Shown piece after piece: positions 32,735 through 44,700 of a stretch of 64,000 bases of DNA. The stretch's first letter is position 1; each line of letters begins with the position of its first letter. Origin of the DNA: Escherichia phage teqsoen. Under the pieces are notes generated by a model. That model did not search any database, was not told the origin of the DNA, and worked only from the letters and a program-made list of their open reading frames with translations. Where the stretch lies: sequence record MN895436.1; one strand, written 5' to 3'. Made by a program: the position numbers and the translations under genes.

Positions 32735-33643
32735 TTAAAGGTCATTCAAAAGGTCATCTAGGTCCGTGTCATCAGCACTAGATGAACTGCCAGAGCTTGA
32801 GCTCATAAAATCATCTTCAGTTTTTGTATTGAAGTCATCAACATTGAATGCATCCAAATCATCAGCAACTTTATCAGCTTTCTTAGCAGCAGTTGCAGCG
32901 GCACCGCCCATCACAGCAGTTCCCATGACTTGACCGAATTTAGTGCTCAGTTCTTCAAACGATTTGAATTTATCTTTAGAAGTCATTTCAGAAAGGTCAA
33001 CCATTTGTTCGAACAGTTCTTTCTGGAAAGATTCATCGTCAATGTTTGGAATCGCAGATTGATTCAGGAATTTAGATTCATCGTAGTTACTAAATCCAGA
33101 AACCTGTTTAACTTTCAGTACAAAGTTAGCGCCTTCCCACGGACAAGTTACATCAACCGGAGTTTCACCCATTTCAACATCAACCGCAATCATCGCGTTG
33201 ATTTTATCCCAGATTTTCTTACCGAAACGATATTTAAATACTTTACCTTCATTTTCTGGAGCAGCTGGGTCTTTTACTACAAGAATGTTAGCCCAGTAAG
33301 AAGTTTTACGTTTAACAAGACTGTACTCTTTATTGTCAGTGTTGTACAAATCATTTTTACTGATGTACTGACATACTGGACAAGAATCGTAATCACCGTG
33401 GGTAGATGAGCAATTTTCGATATACCATTTACCGTTTTTCTTGAAACCGTGATTTACAAGAATTGCGAATGGTGCTTGTTCATCATTTTTAGACGGAAGA
33501 AAACGAATTACTGCTTGACCGTTACCCGCATTGTCGAGTTTCAGTTTCCACTCGCCTTTATCTTCAGAAGAAAAACCACCTTTATTTCCAGCCAGTTTAG
33601 CCATTTGTGCAGCGAGTTCAGCAGTAGATTTACGTTTAAACAT
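32735..33643 (-). CDS. 32: Single-stranded DNA-binding protein gp32
   Basis: 302-aa ORF matching remembered T4 gp32, including the acidic Ser/Asp-rich C-terminus. Confidence 0.95.
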   Translation of the reverse strand: MFKRKSTAELAAQMAKLAGNKGGFSSEDKGEWKLKLDNAGNGQAVIRFLPSKNDEQAPFAILVNHGFKKNGKWYIENCSSTHGDYDSCPVCQYISKNDLYNTDNKEYSLVKRKTSYWANILVVKDPAAPENEGKVFKYRFGKKIWDKINAMIAVDVEMGETPVDVTCPWEGANFVLKVKQVSGFSNYDESKFLNQSAIPNIDDESFQKELFEQMVDLSEMTSKDKFKSFEELSTKFGQVMGTAVMGGAAATAAKKADKVADDLDAFNVDDFNTKTEDDFMSSSSGSSSSADDTDLDDLLNDL

Positions 33644-33712
33644 TTTTATTTCCTTTTTAATTTAATTAACAGTTGGTGCTATGACGATGTATGACCTCAT
33701 AGCTGGTCAGTG
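33644..33712 (-). promoter_or_regulatory. Gene 32 translational operator (structured element plus unstructured A/U-rich leader)
   Basis: Reverse strand reads ...GTGAGGTCATACATCGTCATAGCACCAACTGTTAATTAAATTAAAAAGGAAATAAAAATG, matching the remembered gp32 autoregulatory leader. Confidence 0.55.
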
Positions 33713-33726
33713 AGATAATTATAATC

Positions 33727-33734
33727 TATTTATA
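33727..33734 (-). promoter_or_regulatory. Late promoter TATAAATA upstream of gene 32
   Basis: Plus-strand TATTTATA is the reverse complement of the late -10 element. Confidence 0.45.
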
Positions 33735-33742
33735 ATAAGCAA

Positions 33743-34396
33743 TTAATACTTGCAAGATTTCACAGTTTCAATAAAAACTTTTTTAGCTTCCTGTGAATCA
33801 ATATTTAAAATTTTTCTATAAGCCTTTAACTTTATAGAATAATTATTCCAGACTAAATTATCAGTCTGTTCATCATGTTTATCAATTATATTTAAAAACG
33901 AATCAAGCAAGATAAACGTTTCAAACGAAATTATGTTCGATTGCAGAAGTTTAAAAATATAACTTGACTGAACCTTTGGATTATATTCAAAGATTTCTTT
34001 AAAAGCAGAAACTTCAACTTTTTTACTAAAATAATAAATGTTGCGAATATCTTCTTCAAACTTAAATTTAATTTGCTTTAAGCGTCCGATATATTCACGA
34101 TAAAACACAAGTGCATCAGCGTCAGAGATGTCGCCAATCCAAGCATCTTGGTTAGCAACCAAATTACTTATAAAGATTAAAGCAAGTTCCTTTAATTTAT
34201 ATTTTTCTGATAACTTCTGAAAAAAATACTTATCCCTTCGCTTTTGATAAGCGGCATCAGACACCCGCATGCACCAATTATACTTAATAACATCATACTT
34301 TCCATTCATATGTTGTTTTATCATTAAGTATAATTTATAAACTGATTTACCATCAATGTATCTTTCACCACCAGCAGGCATGCGGAGTTTAATCAT
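33743..34396 (-). CDS. 59: Helicase loader gp59
   Basis: 217-aa ORF adjacent to gene 32. Confidence 0.9.
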   Translation of the reverse strand: MIKLRMPAGGERYIDGKSVYKLYLMIKQHMNGKYDVIKYNWCMRVSDAAYQKRRDKYFFQKLSEKYKLKELALIFISNLVANQDAWIGDISDADALVFYREYIGRLKQIKFKFEEDIRNIYYFSKKVEVSAFKEIFEYNPKVQSSYIFKLLQSNIISFETFILLDSFLNIIDKHDEQTDNLVWNNYSIKLKAYRKILNIDSQEAKKVFIETVKSCKY

Positions 34397-34731
34397 AGCA
34401 GAAAATCTAATGTATTAGTTTTTTCACAACGAACAACAGAAGGACGTAAAAGATTTTCGTCAATAGCTTCCGACTGAATTTTTTCAATTATACCCGAAGG
34501 AATAAATTTAGCAAATTGAGTTTCAGGAATAGAATTTTCTTCCAAGAATGCTGTCGTAGCTTCAAGATAACTCATTCCAAACTCTTCTACCATTTTTTCA
34601 ATAATAAATCCATTTTCTTGACGATCAAGAAGCTTTGCAATTTCATCCTTTTCTTTCTTGATTGAAAGTTCTTTTTCTGAAAGCCCGGCCTCATCGACCG
34701 GGCGAATATCATTTAGAGAAAACTGTGTCAT
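34393..34731 (-). CDS. 33: Late transcription co-activator gp33
   Basis: 112 aa from MTQFSLNDIRPVDE...; ATGA overlap with gene 59. Confidence 0.85.
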   Translation of the reverse strand: MTQFSLNDIRPVDEAGLSEKELSIKKEKDEIAKLLDRQENGFIIEKMVEEFGMSYLEATTAFLEENSIPETQFAKFIPSGIIEKIQSEAIDENLLRPSVVRCEKTNTLDFLL

Positions 34732-34978
34732 AAAGTTCAACTACCTCTTCAGTTTCAGCTTCAAACACATCACGGTTATCTTTATGATACAAAGCTAATA
34801 GACGATTAAACATCTTACCATCAACACCAAGTTCATCTTTGGCACGAATTCGAATATCTTTAATCAGTTCATTATAACCGGAAATTTTCAGTTTATGATC
34901 AGATGCTTCTTTAATAAATTTAGCCAAGTCTTCGCCATGGATAGCTTCATCAAATTCAACCATTTCTTTTTTAGCCAT
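34709..34978 (-). CDS. dsbA: dsDNA-binding protein DsbA
   Basis: 89-aa ORF between rnh and 33. Confidence 0.8.
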   Translation of the reverse strand: MAKKEMVEFDEAIHGEDLAKFIKEASDHKLKISGYNELIKDIRIRAKDELGVDGKMFNRLLALYHKDNRDVFEAETEEVVELYDTVFSK

Positions 34979-34986
34979 TATTCACC

Positions 34987-35904
34987 TCAAAATTCATTAA
35001 TGCTATTAGTTAATTTAGAAAGACCCGCTTTTACAAAATATGAATAAATTTTGCCACGCGGTGGTAATTTATATGAATTATAGTAATTCACAATGTTTGA
35101 AGCAATATTATCAGGAATATAATCAAAATCAATTAGAACTAAATTTTCTTTATAACGATTATATTCAGATTCTGTGAGAAGCACCTTAGCTTGCTCACGG
35201 TCATTAGCAATAGCTTCAACGATTGAAGTTTTCATTGAAGGAGTTCGTTCACCTTCAACTCTGGTAAACCAAAAGTCAGATCGTACTTTAACTGAAGCAA
35301 CGTTATCCTTTTTGTCGCCTTTAAGGATTTTAGTCATACAGTCAATTTCAGCAGAACCGCTTTTAATTTTAACCCATTTCTTATGCATCGGTGACCATTG
35401 CTTAACATTTGGGTATTTGTGAAGCTGTGTAAAGTCACCATCCGATGAAATGATTAAAATCTTGTGTCCTTCTAAAGAGAACTTTTTAACAAGAACAGCA
35501 ATGTGGTCATCTGCTTCATACTTATCAATATCCATAACAATGTATGGCATATAAGCTTTCAATTCATCTATAACTTTATGACTGGATTCAAAATAACCTT
35601 CCCAGTCCCAAGTCGATTCTTCTCGTGCTTTTCCACGGTTTTTCTTATAATAATAAGCAAAATCACGGCGCCAGTATCCAGATTTCGCGTTATCAATACA
35701 CAGTACAATTTTAGTGTATCCAAGCGTTTTTGCTTTTTTGACATTAAACTTAATTGAGTTCAATATCAAATGACGAACCATTGATAAATTAATTTTTTCT
35801 TTATCTGGGAAGTTTACTAAAGCAGTTGAAAGCGCAATTTGACTAAAGTCAATAAAGCAAATTCCTTCTTTGTAATCTTCATCCAGCATCATTTCTAAAT
35901 CCAT
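34987..35904 (-). CDS. rnh: RNase H (5'-3' exonuclease, FEN family)
   Basis: 305 aa from MDLEMMLDEDYKEG... Confidence 0.93.
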   Translation of the reverse strand: MDLEMMLDEDYKEGICFIDFSQIALSTALVNFPDKEKINLSMVRHLILNSIKFNVKKAKTLGYTKIVLCIDNAKSGYWRRDFAYYYKKNRGKAREESTWDWEGYFESSHKVIDELKAYMPYIVMDIDKYEADDHIAVLVKKFSLEGHKILIISSDGDFTQLHKYPNVKQWSPMHKKWVKIKSGSAEIDCMTKILKGDKKDNVASVKVRSDFWFTRVEGERTPSMKTSIVEAIANDREQAKVLLTESEYNRYKENLVLIDFDYIPDNIASNIVNYYNSYKLPPRGKIYSYFVKAGLSKLTNSINEF

Positions 35905-35966
35905 ATGAACCTCGTTCAATTAGTGAGATTTCTATTATATACCATCCAAATCTTAAAGTAAACAAG

Positions 35967-35974
35967 TATAAATA
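35967..35974 (+). promoter_or_regulatory. Late promoter TATAAATA for gene 34
   Basis: TATAAATA about 35 nt upstream of the gene 34 ATG. Confidence 0.6.
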
Positions 35975-36008
35975 CTTATTATTGAAAACACAATAGGAGC
36001 CCGGGAGA

Positions 36009-39000
36009 ATGGCCGAGATTAAAAGAAAGTTCAGAGCAGAAGACGGTCTGGACGCAGGTGGTGATAAAATAATCAACGTAGCTTTAGCTGATCGTACCGT
36101 AGGAACTGACGGTGTTAACGTTGATTACTTAATTCAAGAAAACACAGTTCAACAATACGATCCAACTCGTGGATATTTAAAAGATTTTGTAATCATTTAT
36201 GATAACCGCTTTTGGGCTGCTATAAATGATATTCCAAAACCGGCAGGAGCTTTTAATAGCGGACGCTGGAGAGCATTACGTACCGATGCTAACTGGATTA
36301 CGGTTTCATCTGGTTCATATCAATTAAAATCTGGTGAAGCTATTTCAGTTAACACCGCAGCTGGTAATGATATTACATTTACTTTACCATCTACCCCAAT
36401 TGATGGTGATACTATCGTTCTCCAAGATATTGGAGGAAAACCTGGAGTTAACCAAGTTTTAATTGTAGCTCCGGTGCAAAGTATTGTAAACTTCAGAGGT
36501 CAACAAGTACGTTCAGTACTAATGACTCATCCAAAGTCACAGCTAGTTTTAATTTTTAGTAATCGTCTGTGGCAAATGTATGTTGCTGATTATAGCAGAG
36601 AAGCTGTAGTTGTAACACCAGCGAATACTTATCAAGCACAATCAAACGATTTTATCGTACGTAGATTTACTTCTGCTGCACCAATTAATGTTAAACTTCC
36701 AAGATTTGCTAATCATGGCGATATTATTAATTTCGTTGATTTAGATAAACTGAATCCACTTTATCATACAATTGTTACTACATACGATGAAACGACTTCA
36801 GTACAAGAAGTTGGAACTCATTCCATTGAAGGCCGTACATCAATTGACGGTTTCTTGATGTTTGATGATAATGAGAAATTGTGGAGATTGTTTGACGGGG
36901 ATAGTAAAGCACGTTTACGCATTATAACGACTAATTCTAATATTCGTCCAAACGAAGAAGTTATGGTATTTGGTGCGAATAACGGAACAACCCAAACAAT
37001 TGAGCTTCAGCTTCCTACTGATATCTCTGTTGGTGATACTGTTAAAATTTCCATGAATTACATGAGAAAAGGACAAACAGTTAAAATCAAAGCTGCGGGC
37101 GAAGATAAAATTGCTTCTTCAGTTCAATTGCTGCAATTCCCAAAACGTTCAGAATATCCGCCTGAAACTAAATGGGTAACTGTTCAAGAATTAGTTTTTA
37201 ACGGTGAAACTAATTATGTTCCAGTTTTACAGCTTGCTTATATAGAAGATTCTGATGGAAAATACTGGGTTGTACAGCAAAACGTTCCAACTGTAGAAAG
37301 AGTAGACTCTTTAAATGATTCTACTAGAGCAAGATTAGGCGTAATTGCTTTAGCTACACAGGCTCAAGCTAACGTCGATTTAGAAAATTCTCCACAAAAA
37401 GAATTAGCAATTACTCCAGAAACATTAGCTAACCGTACTGCTACAGAAACTCGTAGAGGTATCGCAAGAATAGCAACTACTGCTCAAGTGAATCAGAACA
37501 CCACATTCTCTTTTGCAGATGACCTTATCATCACTCCTAAAAAGCTGAATGAAAGAACTGCTACAGAAACTCGCAGAGGTGTCGCAGAAATTGCTACGCA
37601 GCAAGAAACTAATACAGGTACTGATGACACTACAATCATTACTCCTAAAAAGCTTCAAGCTCGCCAAGGTTCTGAATCATTATCTGGTATTGTAACTTTT
37701 GTATCTACTACAGGTGCTACTCCAGCTTCTAGCCGTGAATTAAATGGTACGAATGTTTATAATAAAAACACTAATAATTTAGTTGTTTCACCTAAAGCTT
37801 TGGATCAGTATAAAGCTACGCCTACTCAACAGGGTGCAGTAATTTTAGCAGTTGAAAGTGAAGTAATTGCTGGACAAAGTCAAGAAGGATGGGCAAATGC
37901 TGTTGTAACGCCAGAAACGTTACATAAAAAGACATCAACTGATGGAAGAATTGGTTTAATTGAAATTGCTACGCAAAGTGAAGTTAATACAGGAACTGAT
38001 TATACTCGTGCAGTCACTCCTAAAACTTTAAATGACCGTAGAGCAACTGAAAGTTTAAGTGGTATAGCTGAAATTGCTACACAAGTTGAATTCGACGCAG
38101 GCGTCGACGATACTCGTATCTCTACACCATTAAAAATTAAAACCAGATTTAATAGTACTGATCGTACTTCTGTTGTTGCTCTATCTGGATTAGTTGAATC
38201 AGGAACTCTCTGGGACCATTATACCCTTAATATTCTTGAAGCAAATGAGACGCAACGTGGTACACTTCGTGTAGCTACACAAGTTGAAGCTGTTGCAGGA
38301 ACATTAGATAATGTTTTAATAACTCCTAAAAAGCTTTTAGGTACTAAATCTACCGAATCGCAAGAAGGTGTTATTAAAGTTGCAACTCAAGCTGAAACCG
38401 TAGCTGGAACATCAGCAAATACTGCTGTATCTCCAAAAAATTTAAAATGGATTGTGCAGAGTGAACCTACCTGGGCAGCTACTACTGCGGTAAGAGGTTT
38501 TGTTAAAACTTCATCTGGTTCAATTACGTTCGTTGGTAATGATACAGTCGGTTCTACCCAAGATTTAGAACTGTATGAGAAAAATAGCTATGCAATATCA
38601 CCATATGAATTAAACCGTGTATTAGCAAATTATTTACCGTTAAAAGCAAAAGCTGCAGATAGTAATTTATTGGATGGTCTAGATTCATCTCAGTTCATTC
38701 GTAGGGATATTGCACAGACGGTTAATGGTTCACTAACCTTAACCCAACAAACGAATCTGAGTGCCCCTCTTGTATCATCTAGTACTGCTACGTTTGGTGG
38801 TTCAGTTTCGGCAAATAGTACATTAACTATTTCTAATACTGGAACGGCAACTCGTCTGATTTTTGAGAAAGGACCTCAAACTGGAACTAACCCAGCGCAG
38901 ACGATGACTATCAGAGTTTGGGGAAATCAGTTTGGTGGCGGATCAGATACAACACGTTCTACTGTATTTGAAGTTGGTGATGAAACATCTAATCACTTTT

Positions 39001-39878
39001 ATTCTCAACGTAATAAAGCTGGGAATATAACGTTTAGTATCAATGGTACTGTGATGCCGATAAATGTTAATGCTTCGGGTTCTTTGAACGCGAACGGCGT
39101 TGCAACATTTGGTAGTTCAGTTACTGCTAATGGCGAATTCATCAGCAAGTCTGCAAATGCTTTTAGAGCAATTAGTGGTGATTACGGATTCTTTATTCGC
39201 AATGATGCTGCTACCACCTATTTTATGCTCACTGCATCAGGTGATCAGACTGGTGGATTTAATGGATTACGTCCTTTAGCTATTAATAATGCATCTGGCC
39301 AAGTAACGATTGGTGAAAGCTTAATCATTGCCAAAGGTGCTACTATAAATTCAGGTGGTTTGACTGTTAACTCGAGAATTCGTTCTCAGGGTACTAAAAC
39401 ATCTGATTTATATACCCGTGCGCCAACATCTGATACTGTAGGATTCTGGTCAATCGATATTAACGATTCAGCCACTTATAACCAGTTCCCAGGTTATTTT
39501 AAAATGGTTGAAAAAACTAATGAAGTGACTGGACTTCCATACTTAGAACGTGGCGAAGAAGTTAAATCTCCTGGTACACTGACACAGTTTGGTAACACAC
39601 TTGATTCGCTTTACCAAGATTGGATTACTTATCCAACGACACCAGAAGCGCGTACCACTCGCTGGACACGTACATGGCAGAAAACCAAAAACTCTTGGTC
39701 AAGTTTTGTTCAGGTATTTGACGGAGGTAACCCTCCTCAACCATCTGATATCGGTGCTTTACCATCTGATAATGCTACAATGGGGAATCTTACTATTCGT
39801 GATTTCTTACGAATTGGTAATGTTCGCATTATTCCTGACCCAGTGAATAAAACTGTTAAATTTGAATGGGTTGAATAA
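36009..39878 (+). CDS. 34: Long tail fibre proximal subunit gp34
   Basis: 1289-aa ORF with internal repeats of the form ETRRG(I/V)AxIATxxQ. Confidence 0.95.
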   Translation: MAEIKRKFRAEDGLDAGGDKIINVALADRTVGTDGVNVDYLIQENTVQQYDPTRGYLKDFVIIYDNRFWAAINDIPKPAGAFNSGRWRALRTDANWITVSSGSYQLKSGEAISVNTAAGNDITFTLPSTPIDGDTIVLQDIGGKPGVNQVLIVAPVQSIVNFRGQQVRSVLMTHPKSQLVLIFSNRLWQMYVADYSREAVVVTPANTYQAQSNDFIVRRFTSAAPINVKLPRFANHGDIINFVDLDKLNPLYHTIVTTYDETTSVQEVGTHSIEGRTSIDGFLMFDDNEKLWRLFDGDSKARLRIITTNSNIRPNEEVMVFGANNGTTQTIELQLPTDISVGDTVKISMNYMRKGQTVKIKAAGEDKIASSVQLLQFPKRSEYPPETKWVTVQELVFNGETNYVPVLQLAYIEDSDGKYWVVQQNVPTVERVDSLNDSTRARLGVIALATQAQANVDLENSPQKELAITPETLANRTATETRRGIARIATTAQVNQNTTFSFADDLIITPKKLNERTATETRRGVAEIATQQETNTGTDDTTIITPKKLQARQGSESLSGIVTFVSTTGATPASSRELNGTNVYNKNTNNLVVSPKALDQYKATPTQQGAVILAVESEVIAGQSQEGWANAVVTPETLHKKTSTDGRIGLIEIATQSEVNTGTDYTRAVTPKTLNDRRATESLSGIAEIATQVEFDAGVDDTRISTPLKIKTRFNSTDRTSVVALSGLVESGTLWDHYTLNILEANETQRGTLRVATQVEAVAGTLDNVLITPKKLLGTKSTESQEGVIKVATQAETVAGTSANTAVSPKNLKWIVQSEPTWAATTAVRGFVKTSSGSITFVGNDTVGSTQDLELYEKNSYAISPYELNRVLANYLPLKAKAADSNLLDGLDSSQFIRRDIAQTVNGSLTLTQQTNLSAPLVSSSTATFGGSVSANSTLTISNTGTATRLIFEKGPQTGTNPAQTMTIRVWGNQFGGGSDTTRSTVFEVGDETSNHFYSQRNKAGNITFSINGTVMPINVNASGSLNANGVATFGSSVTANGEFISKSANAFRAISGDYGFFIRNDAATTYFMLTASGDQTGGFNGLRPLAINNASGQVTIGESLIIAKGATINSGGLTVNSRIRSQGTKTSDLYTRAPTSDTVGFWSIDINDSATYNQFPGYFKMVEKTNEVTGLPYLERGEEVKSPGTLTQFGNTLDSLYQDWITYPTTPEARTTRWTRTWQKTKNSWSSFVQVFDGGNPPQPSDIGALPSDNATMGNLTIRDFLRIGNVRIIPDPVNKTVKFEWVE

Positions 39879-39886
39879 GAGGTATT

Positions 39887-41002
39887 ATGGAAAAATTTAT
39901 GGCAGAGTTTGGACAAGGATATGTCCAAACGCCGTTTTTATCGGAAAGCAATTCAGTAAGATATAAAATAAGCATAGCGGGTTCTTGCCCGCTTTCTACA
40001 GCAGGACCATACGTTAAATTTCAGGATAATCCTGTCGGAAGTCAAACATTTAGCGCAGGCCTTCATTTAAGAGTTTTTGACCCTTCTACAGGAGCATTAG
40101 TTGATAGTAAGTCATATGCTTTTTCGACTTCAAATGATACTACATCAGCTGCTTTTGCTAGCTTCATGAATTCTTTGACAAATAACAGAATTGTTGCTAT
40201 ATTAACTAGTGGAAAGGTTAATTTTCCTCCTGAAGTAGTATCTTGGTTAAGAACAGCAGGAACGTCTGCCTTTCCATCTGACTCTATATTGTCAAGATTC
40301 GACGTATCATATGCTGCTTTTTATACTTCTTCTAAAAGAGCTATTGCATTAGAGCATGTTAAATTAAGTAATAGAAAAAGCACAGATGATTATCAAACTA
40401 TTTTAGATGTTGTATTTGACAGTTTAGAAGACGTCGGAGCTACCGGGTTTCCAAGAAGAACGTATGAAAGCGTTGAGCAATTTATGTCAGCTGTTGGTGG
40501 AACTAATAACGAAATTGCGCGTTTACCGACTTCATCCGCGATAAGTAAACTATCTGACTACAATTTAATTCCTGGCGATGTTCTTTATCTTAAAGCACAA
40601 CTATATGCTGATGCTGATTTACTCGCTCTTGGAACTACAAATATATCCATTCGTTTTTATAATTCATCAAACGGATATATTTCTTCAACACAGGCTGAGT
40701 TTACTGGACAGGCTGGGTCTTGGGAATTAAAGGAAGATTATGTAGTTGTTCCAGAAAACGCTGTAGGATTTACGATATATGCACAAAGAACTGCACAAGC
40801 TGGCCAAGGTGGCATGAGAAATTTAAGCTTTTCTGAAGTATCAAGAAATGGCGGCATTTCAAAACCCGCTGAATTTGGCGTCAATGGTATTCGTGTTAAT
40901 TATGTCTGTGAATCCGCTTCACCTCCGGATATAATGGTACTTCCTACACAAGCATCGTCTAAAAATGGTAAAGTGTTTGGGCAAGAATTTAGAGAAGTTT
41001 AA
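39887..41002 (+). CDS. 35: Long tail fibre hinge connector gp35
   Basis: 371-aa ORF following gene 34. Confidence 0.9.
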   Translation: MEKFMAEFGQGYVQTPFLSESNSVRYKISIAGSCPLSTAGPYVKFQDNPVGSQTFSAGLHLRVFDPSTGALVDSKSYAFSTSNDTTSAAFASFMNSLTNNRIVAILTSGKVNFPPEVVSWLRTAGTSAFPSDSILSRFDVSYAAFYTSSKRAIALEHVKLSNRKSTDDYQTILDVVFDSLEDVGATGFPRRTYESVEQFMSAVGGTNNEIARLPTSSAISKLSDYNLIPGDVLYLKAQLYADADLLALGTTNISIRFYNSSNGYISSTQAEFTGQAGSWELKEDYVVVPENAVGFTIYAQRTAQAGQGGMRNLSFSEVSRNGGISKPAEFGVNGIRVNYVCESASPPDIMVLPTQASSKNGKVFGQEFREV

Positions 41003-41005
41003 ATT

Positions 41006-41033
41006 GAGGGAGCCTCCGGGCTCCCTTTTTCTT
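41006..41033 (+). terminator. Intrinsic terminator after gene 35
   Basis: GAGGGAGCC-TCCG-GGCTCCC hairpin followed by TTTTTCTTT. Confidence 0.6.
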
Positions 41034-41041
41034 TATAAATA
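41034..41041 (+). promoter_or_regulatory. Late promoter TATAAATA for gene 36
   Basis: TATAAATA directly after the terminator, about 24 nt upstream of the gene 36 ATG. Confidence 0.6.
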
Positions 41042-41064
41042 TTACTAAAATAAAGGGGCATACA

Positions 41065-41724
41065 ATGGCTGATTTAAAAGTAGGTTCAACAACTGGAGGC
41101 TCTGTCATTTGGCATCAAGGAAATTTTCCATTGAATCCAGCCGGTGACGATGTACTCTATAAATCATTTAAAATATATTCAGAATACAATAAACCGCAAG
41201 CGGCTGATAACGATTTCGTTTCTAAAGCTAATGGTGGTACTTATTTAAATAAGGTAATTTTTAATAAAGGGATGACTGTCCCTGGCGCAGGATCAGGTGA
41301 CAATGGTATTTTTGCTGGTCCTGGTGATAATGCCACGTATGATACTACAAATATGGATATTGTTTCGTGGTACGGTATTGGTTTTAAATCATCACAAGGT
41401 TCAGCAGCCCGAACTGTTGTAATTAATACACGTAATGGTGATATTAGCACAAAAGGTGTTGTATCAGCATCAGGTCAAGTAAGAAGTGATGCGGCTGCTC
41501 CTATAGCAGTGAATGACCTTACTAGAAAGGACTATGTTGATGGAGCAATAAATACTGTTACAGCAAATGCGGATTCTAGAGTTTTACGCAAAGGTGATAC
41601 CATGACAGGTAATTTAACAGCGCCAAACTTTTTCTCACAGAATCCTGCGTCTCAACCTTCTCACGTTCCGCGATTTGATCAAATCGTAATTAAGGATTCT
41701 GTTCAAGATTTCGGCTATTATTAA
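41065..41724 (+). CDS. 36: Long tail fibre distal connector gp36
   Basis: 219-aa ORF. Confidence 0.9.
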   Translation: MADLKVGSTTGGSVIWHQGNFPLNPAGDDVLYKSFKIYSEYNKPQAADNDFVSKANGGTYLNKVIFNKGMTVPGAGSGDNGIFAGPGDNATYDTTNMDIVSWYGIGFKSSQGSAARTVVINTRNGDISTKGVVSASGQVRSDAAAPIAVNDLTRKDYVDGAINTVTANADSRVLRKGDTMTGNLTAPNFFSQNPASQPSHVPRFDQIVIKDSVQDFGYY

Positions 41725-41732
41725 GAGGACTT

Positions 41733-44700
41733 ATGGCTACTTTAAAACAAATACAATTTAAAAGAAGCAAAACTGCAGGTCAACGTCCTGCTGCTTCAGT
41801 ATTAGCCGAAGGTGAATTGGCTATAAACTTAAAAGACCGTACTCTTTTTACTAAAGATGACTCGGGAAATATTATTGATTTAAGCATTTCTGCCGGCGGT
41901 AACATTAGTGGAAATATCACTCAAAACGGCGATTATTTACAAAACGGCACGTATAATCTTAACGGAAATCAGTTTGTTTACGCAGGAAAGTATATTGAAT
42001 TCTTGCCAAAAACTGCTGGAAATGGTGCGTGGGCAAATCAACACCTAAATAAAGCTCCTATCTTTACAGATTTGAGTTCAACTACTTCAACTTCTGAATA
42101 TCATCCGCTAATTAAGCAGCGTTATAAAGATGGCACGTTTTCTGTTGGTACGTTAGTAAACGAAGGAAGTTTTAAAATTCATTATATTAATGAATCGGGA
42201 ACTTCAAAATATTGGACATTTCGTAGAGATGGTGGATTTGTTGTTGATACAGGAAGTTTGACAGTAACAGATGGAAATATTTCTGCCTCTGGTAATATTA
42301 ATTCAGCTACTGGGGTAGTTTCTGCTCCGCAGATTAATACAAAGACTATAGCTTTTGATACAAAAGCCTTCGGACAATATGATTCGCAGTCATTAGTTCA
42401 ATATGTTTATCCTGGAACAGGTGAAACAAACGGAATCAATTACCTTCGCAAATTCCGTGCTAAATCTGGTGGTACAATTTATCATGAATTAGCTTCTGCG
42501 CAAACCGGAAAAAGTGATGAACTTTCTTGGTGGACTGGTAATACAGCGGTTAATAAACAAATGGGCCTTCGCAATGATGGGTCTTTAGTACTACGACGTT
42601 CACTTGCAATTGGTACAATTACAACAGATGAAAACATCAATAACTACGGTTCCACTGGAGCAATGGGAGAATGTTATATAGTTATCGGTGATGCATCAAC
42701 GGGTTTATCATACAAAAAAACTGGGGTATATGACTTAGTTGCTAGTGGTCTTTCTGTAGCATCTATTACTCCTGATAGTTTCCGTAGTACGCGCAAAGCG
42801 ATTTTTGGACGCTCGGAAGACCAAGGTGGTACGTGGATTCTTCCTGGTCAAAACACAGCTCTTCTTTCAGTTCATACTGAAGTTGACCAAAACAATAATG
42901 GAGATGGTCAAACTCATATTGGATATAATAGTAACAGCAAGTTTTATCATTATTTTAGAGGCAGAGGCCGAATGGCTGTTGGAATGGCTGAAGGTCTTAT
43001 TGTTGAGCCTGGAATTTTAGATATTAAAACTGGTTCAAATACTGTTTCTATTAGAGCTGATGGCGGAATTTCATCTACTCAGCGTCTTTCATTGCAGAAT
43101 GGTATATTTTTATCTTCTGATGGAAATAACAACGGTATATCGTTTAAAGCTTCTAGCAGTATAGATGGAACTAAAACTCTTAATTGGGATGCTGGTACTC
43201 GTGCAGGTCAAAACAAAAATACAGTAATTTTAAAAGCATGGGGAAATTCATTTAATACAAGTGGTGGAACTGATAGACATACTGTATTTGAAGTTTCTGA
43301 TTCGCAAGGATACTACTTTTATGCTCAACGTACTACCCCTGCATCAGGTCAAACAGTAGGTCCTATTAATTTTAAATTTAATGGTACTGTAGAAACCGGT
43401 CATATCAATGGATTAGGTAATATTACTTTATCTGGGGCAGTTATAGCAGATTCTGCTAATATTAAAGGACCACTAAAAATATCTAATGCTAATACAGCTG
43501 ATGCTTTTAGAATATGGAACGCTGAATATGGAGCCATTTTCCGTCGTTCAGAAACATCATTGCATATTATTCCTACACTTAAAGATGCAGGGGAAAATGG
43601 TGGAATAAGTAATCTTCGCCCATTAAGTATTGATCTTTCAAACGGATTTGTGCAAATGCATCATTCTCTTTCTGTGGGGAATACAGTAAGAACGAATGGA
43701 TTGTTTGCTGTGGATACTTCAGCTGCTCTTGTTGCAATTAACAGCCACTCTCGTGTTAATGCTAATTTCAGAATGCAATTAGGACAATCATCTTATATTG
43801 ATGCTGAATGTACTGACGCTGTGCGCCCTGCTGGAGCCGGTTCTTTTGCTTCGCAAAATAACGAAAACGTCCGTGCCCCATTCTATATGAATATAGATAG
43901 AACTGATACAAGCACTTATGTTCCTATTGTGAAACAAAGATACGTGCAAAATAATAGTTGCTATTCTATTGGTACTTTAATTAATGGTGGTAACTTTAGA
44001 GTTCATTATCATGAAGGTGGCGATGGCGGTTCTACAGGCGCAATTATAAAAGATTTAGGATGGGAATTTAATAAAAACGGTGATTTTTATTCTCCTGGTA
44101 AATTAGGCGCTGGAAATATTAGAATAGGTACTGATGGTAATATCACGGGTGGTTCTGGTAACTTTGCTAACTTGAATACAACTTTAAACCATAAAGTTAA
44201 TTCTGGTTTTATTACTTATGGAGCAACTGCAGGTTGGTACAAGTTTGCAACAGTAACAATGCCTCAATCTACATCAACGGTTTCAATTACAGTTACTGGT
44301 GGAAATGGATTTAATTCTGGTTCATTTAATCAATGCGCAATTTCTGAAATTGTTCTTCGTACGGGAAATAATAATCCTAAGGGATTAAATGCCGTTTTAT
44401 ACAGAAGAGGATTAAATTCATTTAGAGATATTGCTTGGGTTAATACATCTGGCGATACATATGACATTTATGTCAATATGGGAACATATGCTAATCAGTT
44501 AATATTCAATTACAGTTCTGTTGATAATGCAACAGTTCAAATAATTGGCGCATTTAGCTCAGCTCAAAGTCCTGTTGATACATTACCGGAAACAAATGTT
44601 AAAGGACAGGTAGCAGATGTATTGACTAACTTAGTTGATTCTGGAAAAACGAAGCGTTTTGTTGCTGAATCTGAAATAGCTATTAATAATCAAACTGGAT

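Noticed and set aside
32930-33409. 159-aa plus-strand ORF antisense to gene 32
   Set aside because: gene 32 matches the remembered T4 protein across its length; the antisense frame is Phe/Arg-rich noise
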